A stretch of DNA of 64,000 nucleotides, from NCBI GenBank assembly GCA_038883795.1, contig JAVZLK010000006.1, positions 29,444 to 93,443 on the forward strand, given 5' to 3'. Under the pieces are notes generated by a model that saw nothing but the letters and a program-made list of their open reading frames with translations, searched no databases and was not told the DNA's origin. The stretch is from Candidatus Bathyarchaeia archaeon (GTDB lineage Archaea > Thermoproteota > Bathyarchaeia > Bathyarchaeales > Bathycorpusculaceae). Below, in pieces: positions 46,774-55,811 of the stretch (its first letter is position 1; every line of letters begins with the position of its first letter). The position numbers and the translations under genes were made by a program.

Positions 46774-48888
46774 ATGGTTTGTGCTGAAATGGGGAAATAC
46801 ACGTTAATTATAACCGAGAAACCTGATGCAGCTCAAAGGATAGCCTCAGCTCTTGACATTCAAGGAAAAGCCAAAAAATTGGAGGATAACGGAGTACCAT
46901 ACTACTTGGCTAAAAGGGACAAGGAAATAATTGTAGTTCCAGCCATAGGACACTTATACACAGTTGCGGAAGAAATCGGCGGAAGAAATCACTATCCAAT
47001 CTTTAATTTTAGATGGGTGCCAAGATACGCTGTTGAAAGAGGTGCAAAACAAATCCGAACATGGCTGGAAACCATATCAAAATTGGCAAAGGATGCTGAT
47101 GCGTTTATTGATGCATGCGACTATGATATTGAAGGGAGCATTATAGGATACAGCATACTAAAATACGCTTGCGGAAACAAAGAAGCCATATCAAAACGCA
47201 TGAAATACTCAACCCTAACAAAAGAAGAACTGGAAAAATCATACAATGAATTGTTGCCACACTTGGATTTCGCATTAATAGAGGCTGGACGCACAAGACA
47301 CGAAGTTGACTGGTTGTATGGCGTTAACCTTACAAGGGCTTTGACAATAGCGGCAAAGGATTGGAGTGGAAAATACGCCACATTAAGCACTGGAAGAGTG
47401 CAAGGTCCAACCCTAAGATTTCTTGTAGCCCGCGAAAAAGCCATAAGATGTTTTGTGCCAACTCCGTATTGGAGCATAAAAGCAGAAGTTGAGTTAAACG
47501 GTTCAATTTTTGAAGCAGAATATGAAAAGAAAATTATCGAAACTAAAAAAGAGGCAAATGCTATACTGGATGCTTGTAAAGGAAAAAATGGTGAAATAGA
47601 AAAAATAGATTATAAAAAGTTCCAGCAGATGCCGCCAACACCCTTCGACCTAGGCGCCTTACAAAGTGAAGCCTATAGCCTTTTTGGATATACGCCCATG
47701 CGAACATCAAACATTGCCCAACGATTATATTTGGACGCATTAATTTCTTATCCGAGAACAAGCAGCCAAAAACTCCCACCATCAATAAATTATGAATCAA
47801 TATTGAAAAGTCTGAACAGGGTTTCAGAATACAAAAAATTGACGGCTGAACTCCTTGCAAAAAAGGAGTTAAAACCGAGAGAAGGAAAGAAGGAGGACCC
47901 AGCGCATCCAGCCATTTATCCAACTGGAAACTTGCCAGAAAGAACTTTAGACGTTTCAGAAAGAAACATTTGGGACCTTGTCATTCGCAGGTTTATGGCG
48001 GTTTTCGACGAACCAGCCATAAGACAAAGCATGAAAGTTTACATAAACGTAAATGGACACCGCTTTTACCTTAGGGGGAGACAAACCCTTAAGGAAGGTT
48101 GGTTACGCTTTTATGAGCCTTACATAAGGTCAGAGGAAGTCATTCTACCACAAATAAAAGAGGGGCAAACAATTAACGTTAAAAAAGTCGTTTTAGAAGA
48201 TAAATTCACAAAACCACCTCCAAGATACAATCCCGGCAGCCTCCTAAAAAGAATGGAAGAAGCCGAAATTGGAACAAAGGCAACAAGGGCGGACATTATC
48301 CAGACGCTTTATGATAGAAAGTATGTTCGAGACGAACGGATGGTTGTTACAGATTTGGGCTTCGAAGTTCTGGAGGTTCTGGAAAAGCATTGCCCAACGG
48401 TGGTTTCAATAAAGTTGACGAGGGAACTGGAGGAAAGAATGAATAGGATTCAGGTGAACAACGAGAAAAGGGAAGAAGTTCTCATGGAAGCTGTTGAAAT
48501 CCTCAAACCAGTAGTGGAAGAGCTTAAAGAGAAAGAAGAAGAAATAGGCGAACAACTCAGCAACGCTATAAAAAGGGCAAGAATTGAAGAAAGAACCATA
48601 GGCACATGCCCAATCTGCAACACTGGAAAACTCATGACATTATATTCACGAAGAACAGGCAAGCGTTTTGTAGGCTGCACAAACTACTTTAAAGGATTAT
48701 GCAAAGCCTCATTCCCACTACCACAAAGAGGCACAATAAGACCCCTCGGTAAAAACTGTCGGGGATGCGGCTGGCCCACAGTTCAGGTTCGAATGAAGGG
48801 AAGGAGACCTTGGACGCTTTGCTTTAACCCAGAATGTCCATTGAAAGAGGAGAGGATGAAAAGACTTGAAATGCGTAATATGCAGTAG
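46774..48888 (+). CDS. topA: DNA topoisomerase IA
   Basis: LIITEKP, DYDIEG, STGRVQGP, ISYPRT, AHPAIYPT, IGTKATR, C-terminal Zn ribbons. Confidence 0.97.
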   Translation: MVCAEMGKYTLIITEKPDAAQRIASALDIQGKAKKLEDNGVPYYLAKRDKEIIVVPAIGHLYTVAEEIGGRNHYPIFNFRWVPRYAVERGAKQIRTWLETISKLAKDADAFIDACDYDIEGSIIGYSILKYACGNKEAISKRMKYSTLTKEELEKSYNELLPHLDFALIEAGRTRHEVDWLYGVNLTRALTIAAKDWSGKYATLSTGRVQGPTLRFLVAREKAIRCFVPTPYWSIKAEVELNGSIFEAEYEKKIIETKKEANAILDACKGKNGEIEKIDYKKFQQMPPTPFDLGALQSEAYSLFGYTPMRTSNIAQRLYLDALISYPRTSSQKLPPSINYESILKSLNRVSEYKKLTAELLAKKELKPREGKKEDPAHPAIYPTGNLPERTLDVSERNIWDLVIRRFMAVFDEPAIRQSMKVYINVNGHRFYLRGRQTLKEGWLRFYEPYIRSEEVILPQIKEGQTINVKKVVLEDKFTKPPPRYNPGSLLKRMEEAEIGTKATRADIIQTLYDRKYVRDERMVVTDLGFEVLEVLEKHCPTVVSIKLTRELEERMNRIQVNNEKREEVLMEAVEILKPVVEELKEKEEEIGEQLSNAIKRARIEERTIGTCPICNTGKLMTLYSRRTGKRFVGCTNYFKGLCKASFPLPQRGTIRPLGKNCRGCGWPTVQVRMKGRRPWTLCFNPECPLKEERMKRLEMRNMQ

Positions 48889-49099
48889 AGAAGCAGAAAA
48901 GGATGGGTATTGCAAGCTTCATTCTAAAGCTTATGAAAGTATTTTGAAAAAGTATGATTTATGGAAGAAAGCTCTAGAGATTTCTTGGAAAGAGTATTTA
49001 AGTGAGATTGTTAAGAATCCGTTAACAGGAGAATGGGCTAAAGAAGTGGCGGAGTACCTAATAAAAAGCGGTGAAGAACCATATGTCAAGGAAAGTTAA
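48866..49099 (+). CDS. Small hypothetical protein with CxxC..CxxH motif
   Basis: CVIC..CKLH, W..YL, TG.W..EV; overlaps topA stop. Confidence 0.7.
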   Translation: MKCVICSREAEKDGYCKLHSKAYESILKKYDLWKKALEISWKEYLSEIVKNPLTGEWAKEVAEYLIKSGEEPYVKES

Positions 49100-49502
49100 G
49101 AGACAAATCACATCCATTTCCTATTCACTAAACAGGCTTTATCACAAAATCTCAACAGCAAAGCCTTCCTCGCTTATCCTTTCAATAATAGCCATCGCAA
49201 TTGCCATATTCCTTTTTGGAGGAGGCTTATACAACATAATAATGAAACCCTATCCGGCAGTTTACTATGGTGGACGCTTCATCTTTCTCTACCCACAATT
49301 ATCAGAACAATTTATAACGGATAGTATAGTCGCAACAATCCTATATACACTAGGCATTGTTGGGTTAGTGGCAATTTATCAAAGCACAAAGTACGCCTAC
49401 AAACCCAGACAAGCCTACATGATGTTTCTGGTGGGGCTTAGCCTCATATTAATAGCTTACATATTCCTAGAAGTTACCATACAAATAAAAGTCGGCAGAT
49501 AA
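49083..49502 (+). CDS. OSTC/DC2-like (OST3/OST6 family) 3-TM protein
   Basis: PS..I......F...GG.Y.II..P, Q(F/Y)I.(D/E)S......LY..G..G, final TM ending in K; matches the DC2 layout. Confidence 0.75.
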   Translation: MSRKVKRQITSISYSLNRLYHKISTAKPSSLILSIIAIAIAIFLFGGGLYNIIMKPYPAVYYGGRFIFLYPQLSEQFITDSIVATILYTLGIVGLVAIYQSTKYAYKPRQAYMMFLVGLSLILIAYIFLEVTIQIKVGR

Positions 49503-49506
49503 AACT

Positions 49507-50001
49507 TCACCAAGGATTACTTTTTAAACCTAACTTGTAAGCTGCAAAATTTGTCAGCAAGTGTATTGGCGGAGTTATAATTAACACAGTTATTGCAAGA
49601 CTTAAATCCAAGAGTGACAGGGGAAGCGAGAATAAAATTGCACCCACAATGAAGTCGATTTGATCGATGATTGGCAACAAATCTCCCGGTGCCATTCCAA
49701 GTCTTCGCTTTAAGAAGGCTCCAGCTAAATCTCCAAACAACGCCCCAAGAGACAAGAGTAAACCAAAGGCAATGGGATAATTGAAAAGCATGCTTTCTAA
49801 CAATCCAACAGTCGTTCCAACAATTAATCCGGAAAAGAAGCCTCGGAAGGTTTTGTTTTTTCCAAATATTGGTTTTCCATCAAAAAACTTTTTATCAAAA
49901 TCCATGGGATAGCCTCCGCCTGTAATTACTGGTATGGCGTTAGCGCAGTAGGCTGGGAATATGAATTTTAATGCTTCAATAATTAATTGTGTTATATCCA
50001 T
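49507..50001 (-). CDS. carS: CDP-archaeol synthase
   Basis: PAYCANA.P, P.D, FG..KT.RG, GDL.GAFLKRRLG, P..DQ.DF, H..TN..AY.LG.K..PW. Confidence 0.94.
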   Translation of the reverse strand: MDITQLIIEALKFIFPAYCANAIPVITGGGYPMDFDKKFFDGKPIFGKNKTFRGFFSGLIVGTTVGLLESMLFNYPIAFGLLLSLGALFGDLAGAFLKRRLGMAPGDLLPIIDQIDFIVGAILFSLPLSLLDLSLAITVLIITPPIHLLTNFAAYKLGLKSNPW

Positions 50002-50013
50002 TTTCCACAACCA

Positions 50014-50727
50014 TTAAGGAGTTAGATACTCGTGGATTCCCTTTTCTTCTATTTTTAATTGAAGAGTTAATGGCTGATCTCCTTTTGGACTTTTCTCTAA
50101 AATCACCTTAATCAGTTGGGGGTTTTCAGCTGGACGTAAGGCAATTATTATGTCTGCCCAAAATTTTAAAACTCTCGTAGCAACGGGTTCTATGCTCACA
50201 TAAGCCTCATTAAAAACGCTCCGCACTTGACTTGTTATCACGACTGCAATTTTTCTTGTTTTTGCAATTTGCGCCAAAAAAGCCATTTGCCTGTTTAATT
50301 CACGGTTCAGTTCAAAGGCTTTATTTGGATATTCCGCAATTTCCACGCGATAAAGCGAAGTGATTGTGTCAACAACAACCAGCCCAAAATTTTTGGCAAT
50401 GTATTCATGTAACTTGTCTACAACTACTATTTGTTCACGGAAAGTGTTTGGTCTCATCAAAATTATTTGTTCAGCAGCCTTCTCGAAATTTTTAGAGGCT
50501 ATTTGAGAGAGGCGCCGCGCTGTAAAAGTGCCATCGCAGTCGATAAATAAGGTTTTGTAACGTTGCAGTGCGCAGTTCACAGCCAACTGCATCGCCAAGG
50601 TGGTTTTCCCAGTTTCCGCCTCCCCATAAATTAAACTAACATTTTCACATGGAATGCCGCCTTTCAGAAACTTGTCAAGCTCACTGCAACCCGTGGGGAT
50701 TCTCTGTAACAAGGTCATGCACATCAA
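50014..50727 (-). CDS. radB: DNA repair protein RadB
   Basis: PTGC..LD..L.GG, YGEAETGKT, VVVDTI..LYR, SQVR; RecA core without N-terminal domain. Confidence 0.88.
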   Translation of the reverse strand: MMCMTLLQRIPTGCSELDKFLKGGIPCENVSLIYGEAETGKTTLAMQLAVNCALQRYKTLFIDCDGTFTARRLSQIASKNFEKAAEQIILMRPNTFREQIVVVDKLHEYIAKNFGLVVVDTITSLYRVEIAEYPNKAFELNRELNRQMAFLAQIAKTRKIAVVITSQVRSVFNEAYVSIEPVATRVLKFWADIIIALRPAENPQLIKVILEKSPKGDQPLTLQLKIEEKGIHEYLTP

Positions 50728-50792
50728 GGAATATAAACCACGAAACTAATAATTTGTTTTGTGTTCAGAGCTTCAAAAAACAGGAAGAGCGT

Positions 50793-51437
50793 ATGAAAGC
50801 AAAGATTGCTGTTGCAACAGTTTCGGGAAAAGCTTACTACTTAATCGTTAATGAGTTGAAGAGGAAAAACATACCGTTTCTAAGTCTAACTCCAAACGAC
50901 GCCATTCCAATAGATATTAAGGTTGTCATAACCACTAAAGAAGAGAAACCTCTCATAAACCATGAAAAAATATTGGTCTATCAAGACGGTGTGGAGCCAG
51001 AGGTATTGATAAATGAGGCACTACAGCTTGTTCAAGGAAAAGAGAATTATGAAAAAATAGTTATAGGTGTAGACCCAGGTGAAGTTTTTGGATTAGCAGT
51101 TTTGGCGGATGGAAAAGTCATCGAAACCGGAAACTGCTTCAGCGTTAACGAGACTTTGAACAAGATAAAAAATACGGTTAAAAATTTCAGTAGAAGTCAA
51201 GCAACATCTTTTTCCGTGAAAATCGGAGATGGAGTTTCAACATATAAAGAAAAACTTTTACAAGCTTTAGATAGAGCATTACCTTCAAATGTGATATTGG
51301 AAAGTGTGAGCGAAACTGGAACAGACCGCAAACCAAACGAGGTAGGGTATAGAAGGGGATTAAGAGATATAGCCTCAGCCATAAGAATTGCTGGAAGAAA
51401 TGGACGCCAATTTCCAAGGAGGAAAAAGAGTGAATAA
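50793..51437 (+). CDS. Putative RNase H-fold (YqgF/RuvC-like) nuclease
   Basis: IGVDPG..FGLAV, KIGDG, VSETGT, RDIASA; start ATG 50793. Confidence 0.65.
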   Translation: MKAKIAVATVSGKAYYLIVNELKRKNIPFLSLTPNDAIPIDIKVVITTKEEKPLINHEKILVYQDGVEPEVLINEALQLVQGKENYEKIVIGVDPGEVFGLAVLADGKVIETGNCFSVNETLNKIKNTVKNFSRSQATSFSVKIGDGVSTYKEKLLQALDRALPSNVILESVSETGTDRKPNEVGYRRGLRDIASAIRIAGRNGRQFPRRKKSE

Positions 51438-52728
51438 AACCATTGAGAAGGGAAAAACCCTCCTTGTTGACGGCCCAGCATCTGTCATGGTTGTTTCAGG
51501 AATTGCGGAAGTTTTCGGCTCCACAGTTGAAAGCAGAGGCAAGATTGTAATACGCGAAGGTAAACGATTGCCTTTCACAGCTAAAGAAACAACAACCCTT
51601 GAAATTTCGTTAGGAGAAAATGCAAACATTGAAGAAGTCGATGGAACCACAATTCCACCATCCTGGACAGAAGCCTATGAACAGCTATCGAATTTTCAAA
51701 ACAAACCTGTTGCCGTAATGGTTTTGGGAATGGTCGATTCGGGAAAAACAAGCTTCTGCACATACTTGGTAAATAGGTTATTGCAAGAAAAACAGAAAGT
51801 CGCAATTTTAGACGGAGATTTGGGTCAATCCGATATCGGCCCGCCTTGCACTGTTGCCTACACTTTCCTAACAAAGCCGGTAACAGACTTGTTTAACTTG
51901 GAAGCGAAAAATGCTTTCTTTATAGGCGTTACTTCGCCAAGCCCGGCCATAAACAAAGTAATTGAGGGAATAACTTCGCTAAAAAAGGAAATTTTAGAAG
52001 GCACTCCAGACTTCATCGTCATTAACACTGACGGTTGGGTTGAGGGTGAAGATGCCGTAAACTATAAAGTCCAGCTTGTAAAGGAGCTTAATCCAAACAT
52101 AATCTTTTGTATCCAACAAAAGGATGAGTTGACGCTTCTCCTCAACAGCCTTAATGGACTCCAAAAGATTGTTGTTGAATCTCCTCAAGCCATAAAACAA
52201 AGGAGCAGAGAAAAGAGAAGAAGCTTACGGGAGCTTGGATACATAAAATATTTAAAAAACGCAAAAGTGCAATCCATCCCCATAAGCTGGTTAAAAATTG
52301 AAGCAAACGAATTCCTCGGCTTAGGCGCAACCCATGAAAACACGAGGCAAGCGAAGAGAGTCTACGAGCTCTTAGGGATGAAACCATTACATTTTGCAGA
52401 GTTAAAAGATAAAGTATGCATTGTTATTGGTAGAGGACGTTGGATAAGCGAGGAAAACTTGAAAAAGTTGGAGGAAACTGTTGGGAAAAAAGTTGTGGTT
52501 CTCCGAAAAGGCGAAGAAGAAGGTTTACTGGTGGCTTTGTACAATAATGAAAGAAAATTTCTCGGTATAGGCATCCTACGAGAAGTCGACTACAACAGAA
52601 AAACACTGAAAATTTTCACACCAGTCTCCGAAAAAATCTCCATAGTTGCGCTAGGAAGGGTTAAATTAGACAAAAATCTTAAAGAAACTCCAGCTTTCAT
52701 AGAAGAAGCTGAGTTCGTAAAACTTTAG
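51430..52728 (+). CDS. clp1: Clp1/Grc3-family polynucleotide 5'-OH kinase
   Basis: GMVDSGKTS, DGDLGQSDIGPP, INTDGWV.G, R..R..LR lid; GTG 51430. Confidence 0.9.
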   Translation: MNKTIEKGKTLLVDGPASVMVVSGIAEVFGSTVESRGKIVIREGKRLPFTAKETTTLEISLGENANIEEVDGTTIPPSWTEAYEQLSNFQNKPVAVMVLGMVDSGKTSFCTYLVNRLLQEKQKVAILDGDLGQSDIGPPCTVAYTFLTKPVTDLFNLEAKNAFFIGVTSPSPAINKVIEGITSLKKEILEGTPDFIVINTDGWVEGEDAVNYKVQLVKELNPNIIFCIQQKDELTLLLNSLNGLQKIVVESPQAIKQRSREKRRSLRELGYIKYLKNAKVQSIPISWLKIEANEFLGLGATHENTRQAKRVYELLGMKPLHFAELKDKVCIVIGRGRWISEENLKKLEETVGKKVVVLRKGEEEGLLVALYNNERKFLGIGILREVDYNRKTLKIFTPVSEKISIVALGRVKLDKNLKETPAFIEEAEFVKL

Positions 52729-52739
52729 GCATCCTTCGT

Positions 52740-53395
52740 TTATAATTGCCTTGAAGGACAATGATTTTTTACTGGACAGCCCTTGCAAAGGGGGTTTCTG
52801 GCTCTGCAATATTTTCTACCAAGCAAAATCAGCAAAATGTGAACCGCCAGATAATTTTTGGGATTATATAGTGATTGGAGGGAATGGCGAACCATTTCAT
52901 AATCGCCTTCTTTTGGCGCTAAACCTAAACGCTTTGCAACACGGTTCACATGAGTATCCACCGGAATTGTGGGCTTTTCCGAACAAAAAAGTAGAAGCAC
53001 ATCAGCGGTTTTAGGTCCAACGCCGGGAAGTTTAAGCAGCGTTTTTCTTGCTTCTTCGAAGGGTAATGATAAGATAGGGTTTAAAGTGCCGTGAAATTCT
53101 TCAAGGATTATTTTTGAAATTTGTTTTATTGTTTTGGCTTTGTTTCTGTATAAGCCAGCAACCCTCAAGCATTCTTCAATTTGGCTTGTTTCCGCATTCG
53201 CTAACACTTCGGGCTCTATTTTAAATCGTTTCGAAAGGTTTTCGAAAGCTTTTGCCGTGTTTCTGTCGGCGGTGTTCTGTGAAATTATTGTAACGATTAA
53301 GGTTTCGAATGGTCTTTGTTTGAGGTTACCCATTTTGGCATTGTGAATGTTTTCTGAAGCATTTGCAAGATTTTTCCAGCGCGATTTTCATCCAT
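52740..53395 (-). pseudogene. nth: Endonuclease III, split by a 1-nt frameshift near 53310
   Basis: N-terminus MDENRAGKIL..MPKWVTSNKD in one frame; PFETLIVTIISQ, LPGVGPKTA, VDTHV.R, C.ARNP.C..C....C in another. Confidence 0.85.
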
Positions 53396-53464
53396 TTTTT
53401 GGGTCGCCTTTGAAAACAATAAATAGTGAATTATGAAGCTATAAATAAGCAATGGAGAATCCAG

Positions 53465-53836
53465 ATGGAACGTGCAAAAGTCATTAAAGAAGAAGTTGTC
53501 GAGCAGAACATCCATTTTCTGGCGGTTTATGTGGAAACACGGAACGCATGCTTAATTCTTTTAAGCGAAAGAGAAGACAAGCTTGGCACTTTGGCAATTG
53601 CTGTTCCAAAACCAAGGGATTTGATAGGTCCAGTCTCGTCATCTGTGCTTTTAGGTGATAAAAATGCAATATCAGCCCGCATGTTCGCCGAATACATTGC
53701 CTCGAGAAAGCAAAAAATTGCTCTGGTTTCCATTTACCTTGAAACAATTAACGAAATGCAAGCCCAATCAATTTTTATGAAACTAATTGAAAAGGTTGCC
53801 AAAGCGGAAATGGAAGGGGAGAGGACTGGAACATGA
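53465..53836 (+). CDS. Proteasome assembly chaperone 4 (PAC4)-like protein
   Basis: LGTLAIAVP....SSVLLG....AR.FAE.IA.R..K..LVS..L pattern. Confidence 0.65.
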   Translation: MERAKVIKEEVVEQNIHFLAVYVETRNACLILLSEREDKLGTLAIAVPKPRDLIGPVSSSVLLGDKNAISARMFAEYIASRKQKIALVSIYLETINEMQAQSIFMKLIEKVAKAEMEGERTGT

Positions 53837-55173
53837 GTCTCAGAGAATTTCTCGAGAAAATGGAAAAAGAAAAGGAAATACTGCATATAAAAGACGGCGT
53901 ATCAACCCGTTTTGAAATTCCATTTATAATGAAAAGTTTTGACAATCAAGGTCCAATTTTGATGTTTGAAAATGTAAAGAACCACAAAACAGGGGTTATT
54001 GCTAATGTTTGCGGAACAAGAAAAAGAATCTGTTCAGCTCTTAAAGTTGACCAAGATGGGCTTTACAGAAAATTGACGGAAGCCTGGCGTTCACCAAGAA
54101 AACCAAAAATTGTTGGAGACGGACCAGTGAAGGAAGCTACCGAGAAAGATTTGTCTAAAATTCCTGTTCTGACGCATTTTGAGAAGGATGCTGGTCCATA
54201 TATCACTTCGGCGGTTGTTTACGCGAAAAGTGTTGATGGAAAGGTTGAGAATGTTTCGGTTCATCGCCTTCAAGTCTTAGATAAGAAACGTTTAGCAATT
54301 CGTTTGGTTCCCAGACATCTTTTCAGTTTATGGCAAACAGCAAGAGCGTCTGGTAAAGATTTGGAAGTGGCGATTTCCATTGGTGTTCATCCAGCGGTTA
54401 TGTTGGCTGCTTCTTCGCCTGTTCCTTTTGGCGTTAACGAGTTTGATGTGGCAAATGCCTTGTTAGATAATGGTTTACAGTTAGTTGAATGTGAACATGT
54501 TGAAGGGTATGCTCCAGCAGATACCGAATTAGTCATAGAGGGAAAAATTTCTGCAAAGGAAGAAGTTGCCGAAGGACCTTTTGTGGATATAACTGGAACT
54601 TATGACATCCAAAGACGTCAGCCTGTTGTGGAAGTTTTAAATGTCATGCATAGGGAAGATTATATTTACCAAGCGCTTTTACCCTCTGGAGCAGAGCATA
54701 AACTCCTAATGGGTTTGCCCCATGAAGTTTTGATTTGGGAAGCCGTTTCAAAGGTTGTTCCAAAAGTTTATGCTATTAACCTTTCAGTCGGCGGAAGCGG
54801 ATGGCTTCATGCAATAATATCAATTGATAAGCAGCTTGACGGAGATGGAAAGAATGCTTTGTTGGCTGCTTTTGCCGCCCATCCAAGCCTAAAGCATGCT
54901 GTGGTTGTTGATTCGGACATAAACGTTTTTGACCCAAATGATGTGGAATGGGCTGTGGCAACACGTTTTCAAGCAAGCGAAGATCTAATCGTTTTGAGTA
55001 ATGTTCGTGGTTCAACATTGGATTCTTCTGCTGACCAAGAGACTGGATTGACAAGTAAGATGGGTTTGGATGCCACAAGACCATTTACAAAACCTAAGGA
55101 GAAGTTTGAACGGGCAAAAATCCCAGCGGACAGCCAGATTGAGAAGCTTGTTCAAAAATTGTTAGCACATTAA
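53833..55173 (+). CDS. UbiD-family prFMN decarboxylase
   Basis: N.SVHRL, EGPFVDITGTY, EH..LMG, VVVD.DI, EWA.ATR, GS.LD.S, KMGLDAT. Confidence 0.93.
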   Translation: MSLREFLEKMEKEKEILHIKDGVSTRFEIPFIMKSFDNQGPILMFENVKNHKTGVIANVCGTRKRICSALKVDQDGLYRKLTEAWRSPRKPKIVGDGPVKEATEKDLSKIPVLTHFEKDAGPYITSAVVYAKSVDGKVENVSVHRLQVLDKKRLAIRLVPRHLFSLWQTARASGKDLEVAISIGVHPAVMLAASSPVPFGVNEFDVANALLDNGLQLVECEHVEGYAPADTELVIEGKISAKEEVAEGPFVDITGTYDIQRRQPVVEVLNVMHREDYIYQALLPSGAEHKLLMGLPHEVLIWEAVSKVVPKVYAINLSVGGSGWLHAIISIDKQLDGDGKNALLAAFAAHPSLKHAVVVDSDINVFDPNDVEWAVATRFQASEDLIVLSNVRGSTLDSSADQETGLTSKMGLDATRPFTKPKEKFERAKIPADSQIEKLVQKLLAH

Positions 55174-55207
55174 CTTATATATTGGATTTGAAAGATAGAA
55201 AAGGGCG

Positions 55208-55705
55208 GTGGTTTCATTGTCTGAAGAGGAAAAAGAAGAAAGCGGAATATCATTAAAAGTTGAGGATGTCATGGTCAAAGAAGTAATAACAATAGACGAA
55301 AACTCAACAGTGAAGGAAGCAGCAGAAATCATGAACAAGTTTGAAATTGGCTGCTTAATCGCCGTAAGAAAAGGAAAAGCCATGGGAATAATAACAGAAA
55401 GAGACCTGCTAAAGAGGGTGGTTGCCGAAGCGAGGGATGCAAACAAAACAAAAGTGAAAGATGTCATGTCAAGTCCACTGGTTGTTGTGGAACCCAACAT
55501 GGATTTGGAAGAAGCTGTAAGGCTCATGTTTCAGATGAAAATTAAGAAATTGCCCGTTGTTGATGGAAAACGTCTCGTGGGTTTGGTTTCGCTCACAGAT
55601 ATAGCACGTTTCCAGCCCCAAGTGATAAAAATACTTAAACAACTTGCCATGCGACAGGCAGCGCCAAAAAGCATAAAAAAAGTCATAGACTACTACGTTG
55701 TTTAA
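55208..55705 (+). CDS. CBS-pair protein
   Basis: V.DVM, GIITERD, V.DVMS.P, LPVVD..LVG.VS..DI. Confidence 0.92.
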   Translation: MVSLSEEEKEESGISLKVEDVMVKEVITIDENSTVKEAAEIMNKFEIGCLIAVRKGKAMGIITERDLLKRVVAEARDANKTKVKDVMSSPLVVVEPNMDLEEAVRLMFQMKIKKLPVVDGKRLVGLVSLTDIARFQPQVIKILKQLAMRQAAPKSIKKVIDYYVV

Positions 55706-55811
55706 TATAAAAGCCTTATTCCACATTATCTTTTTGCTAAATAAGAAACAAAATAAGACACTCGCTGATAATTTTAAAGATGTAACAACCTCTTAAGGAT
55801 AAGCAAGGTTA

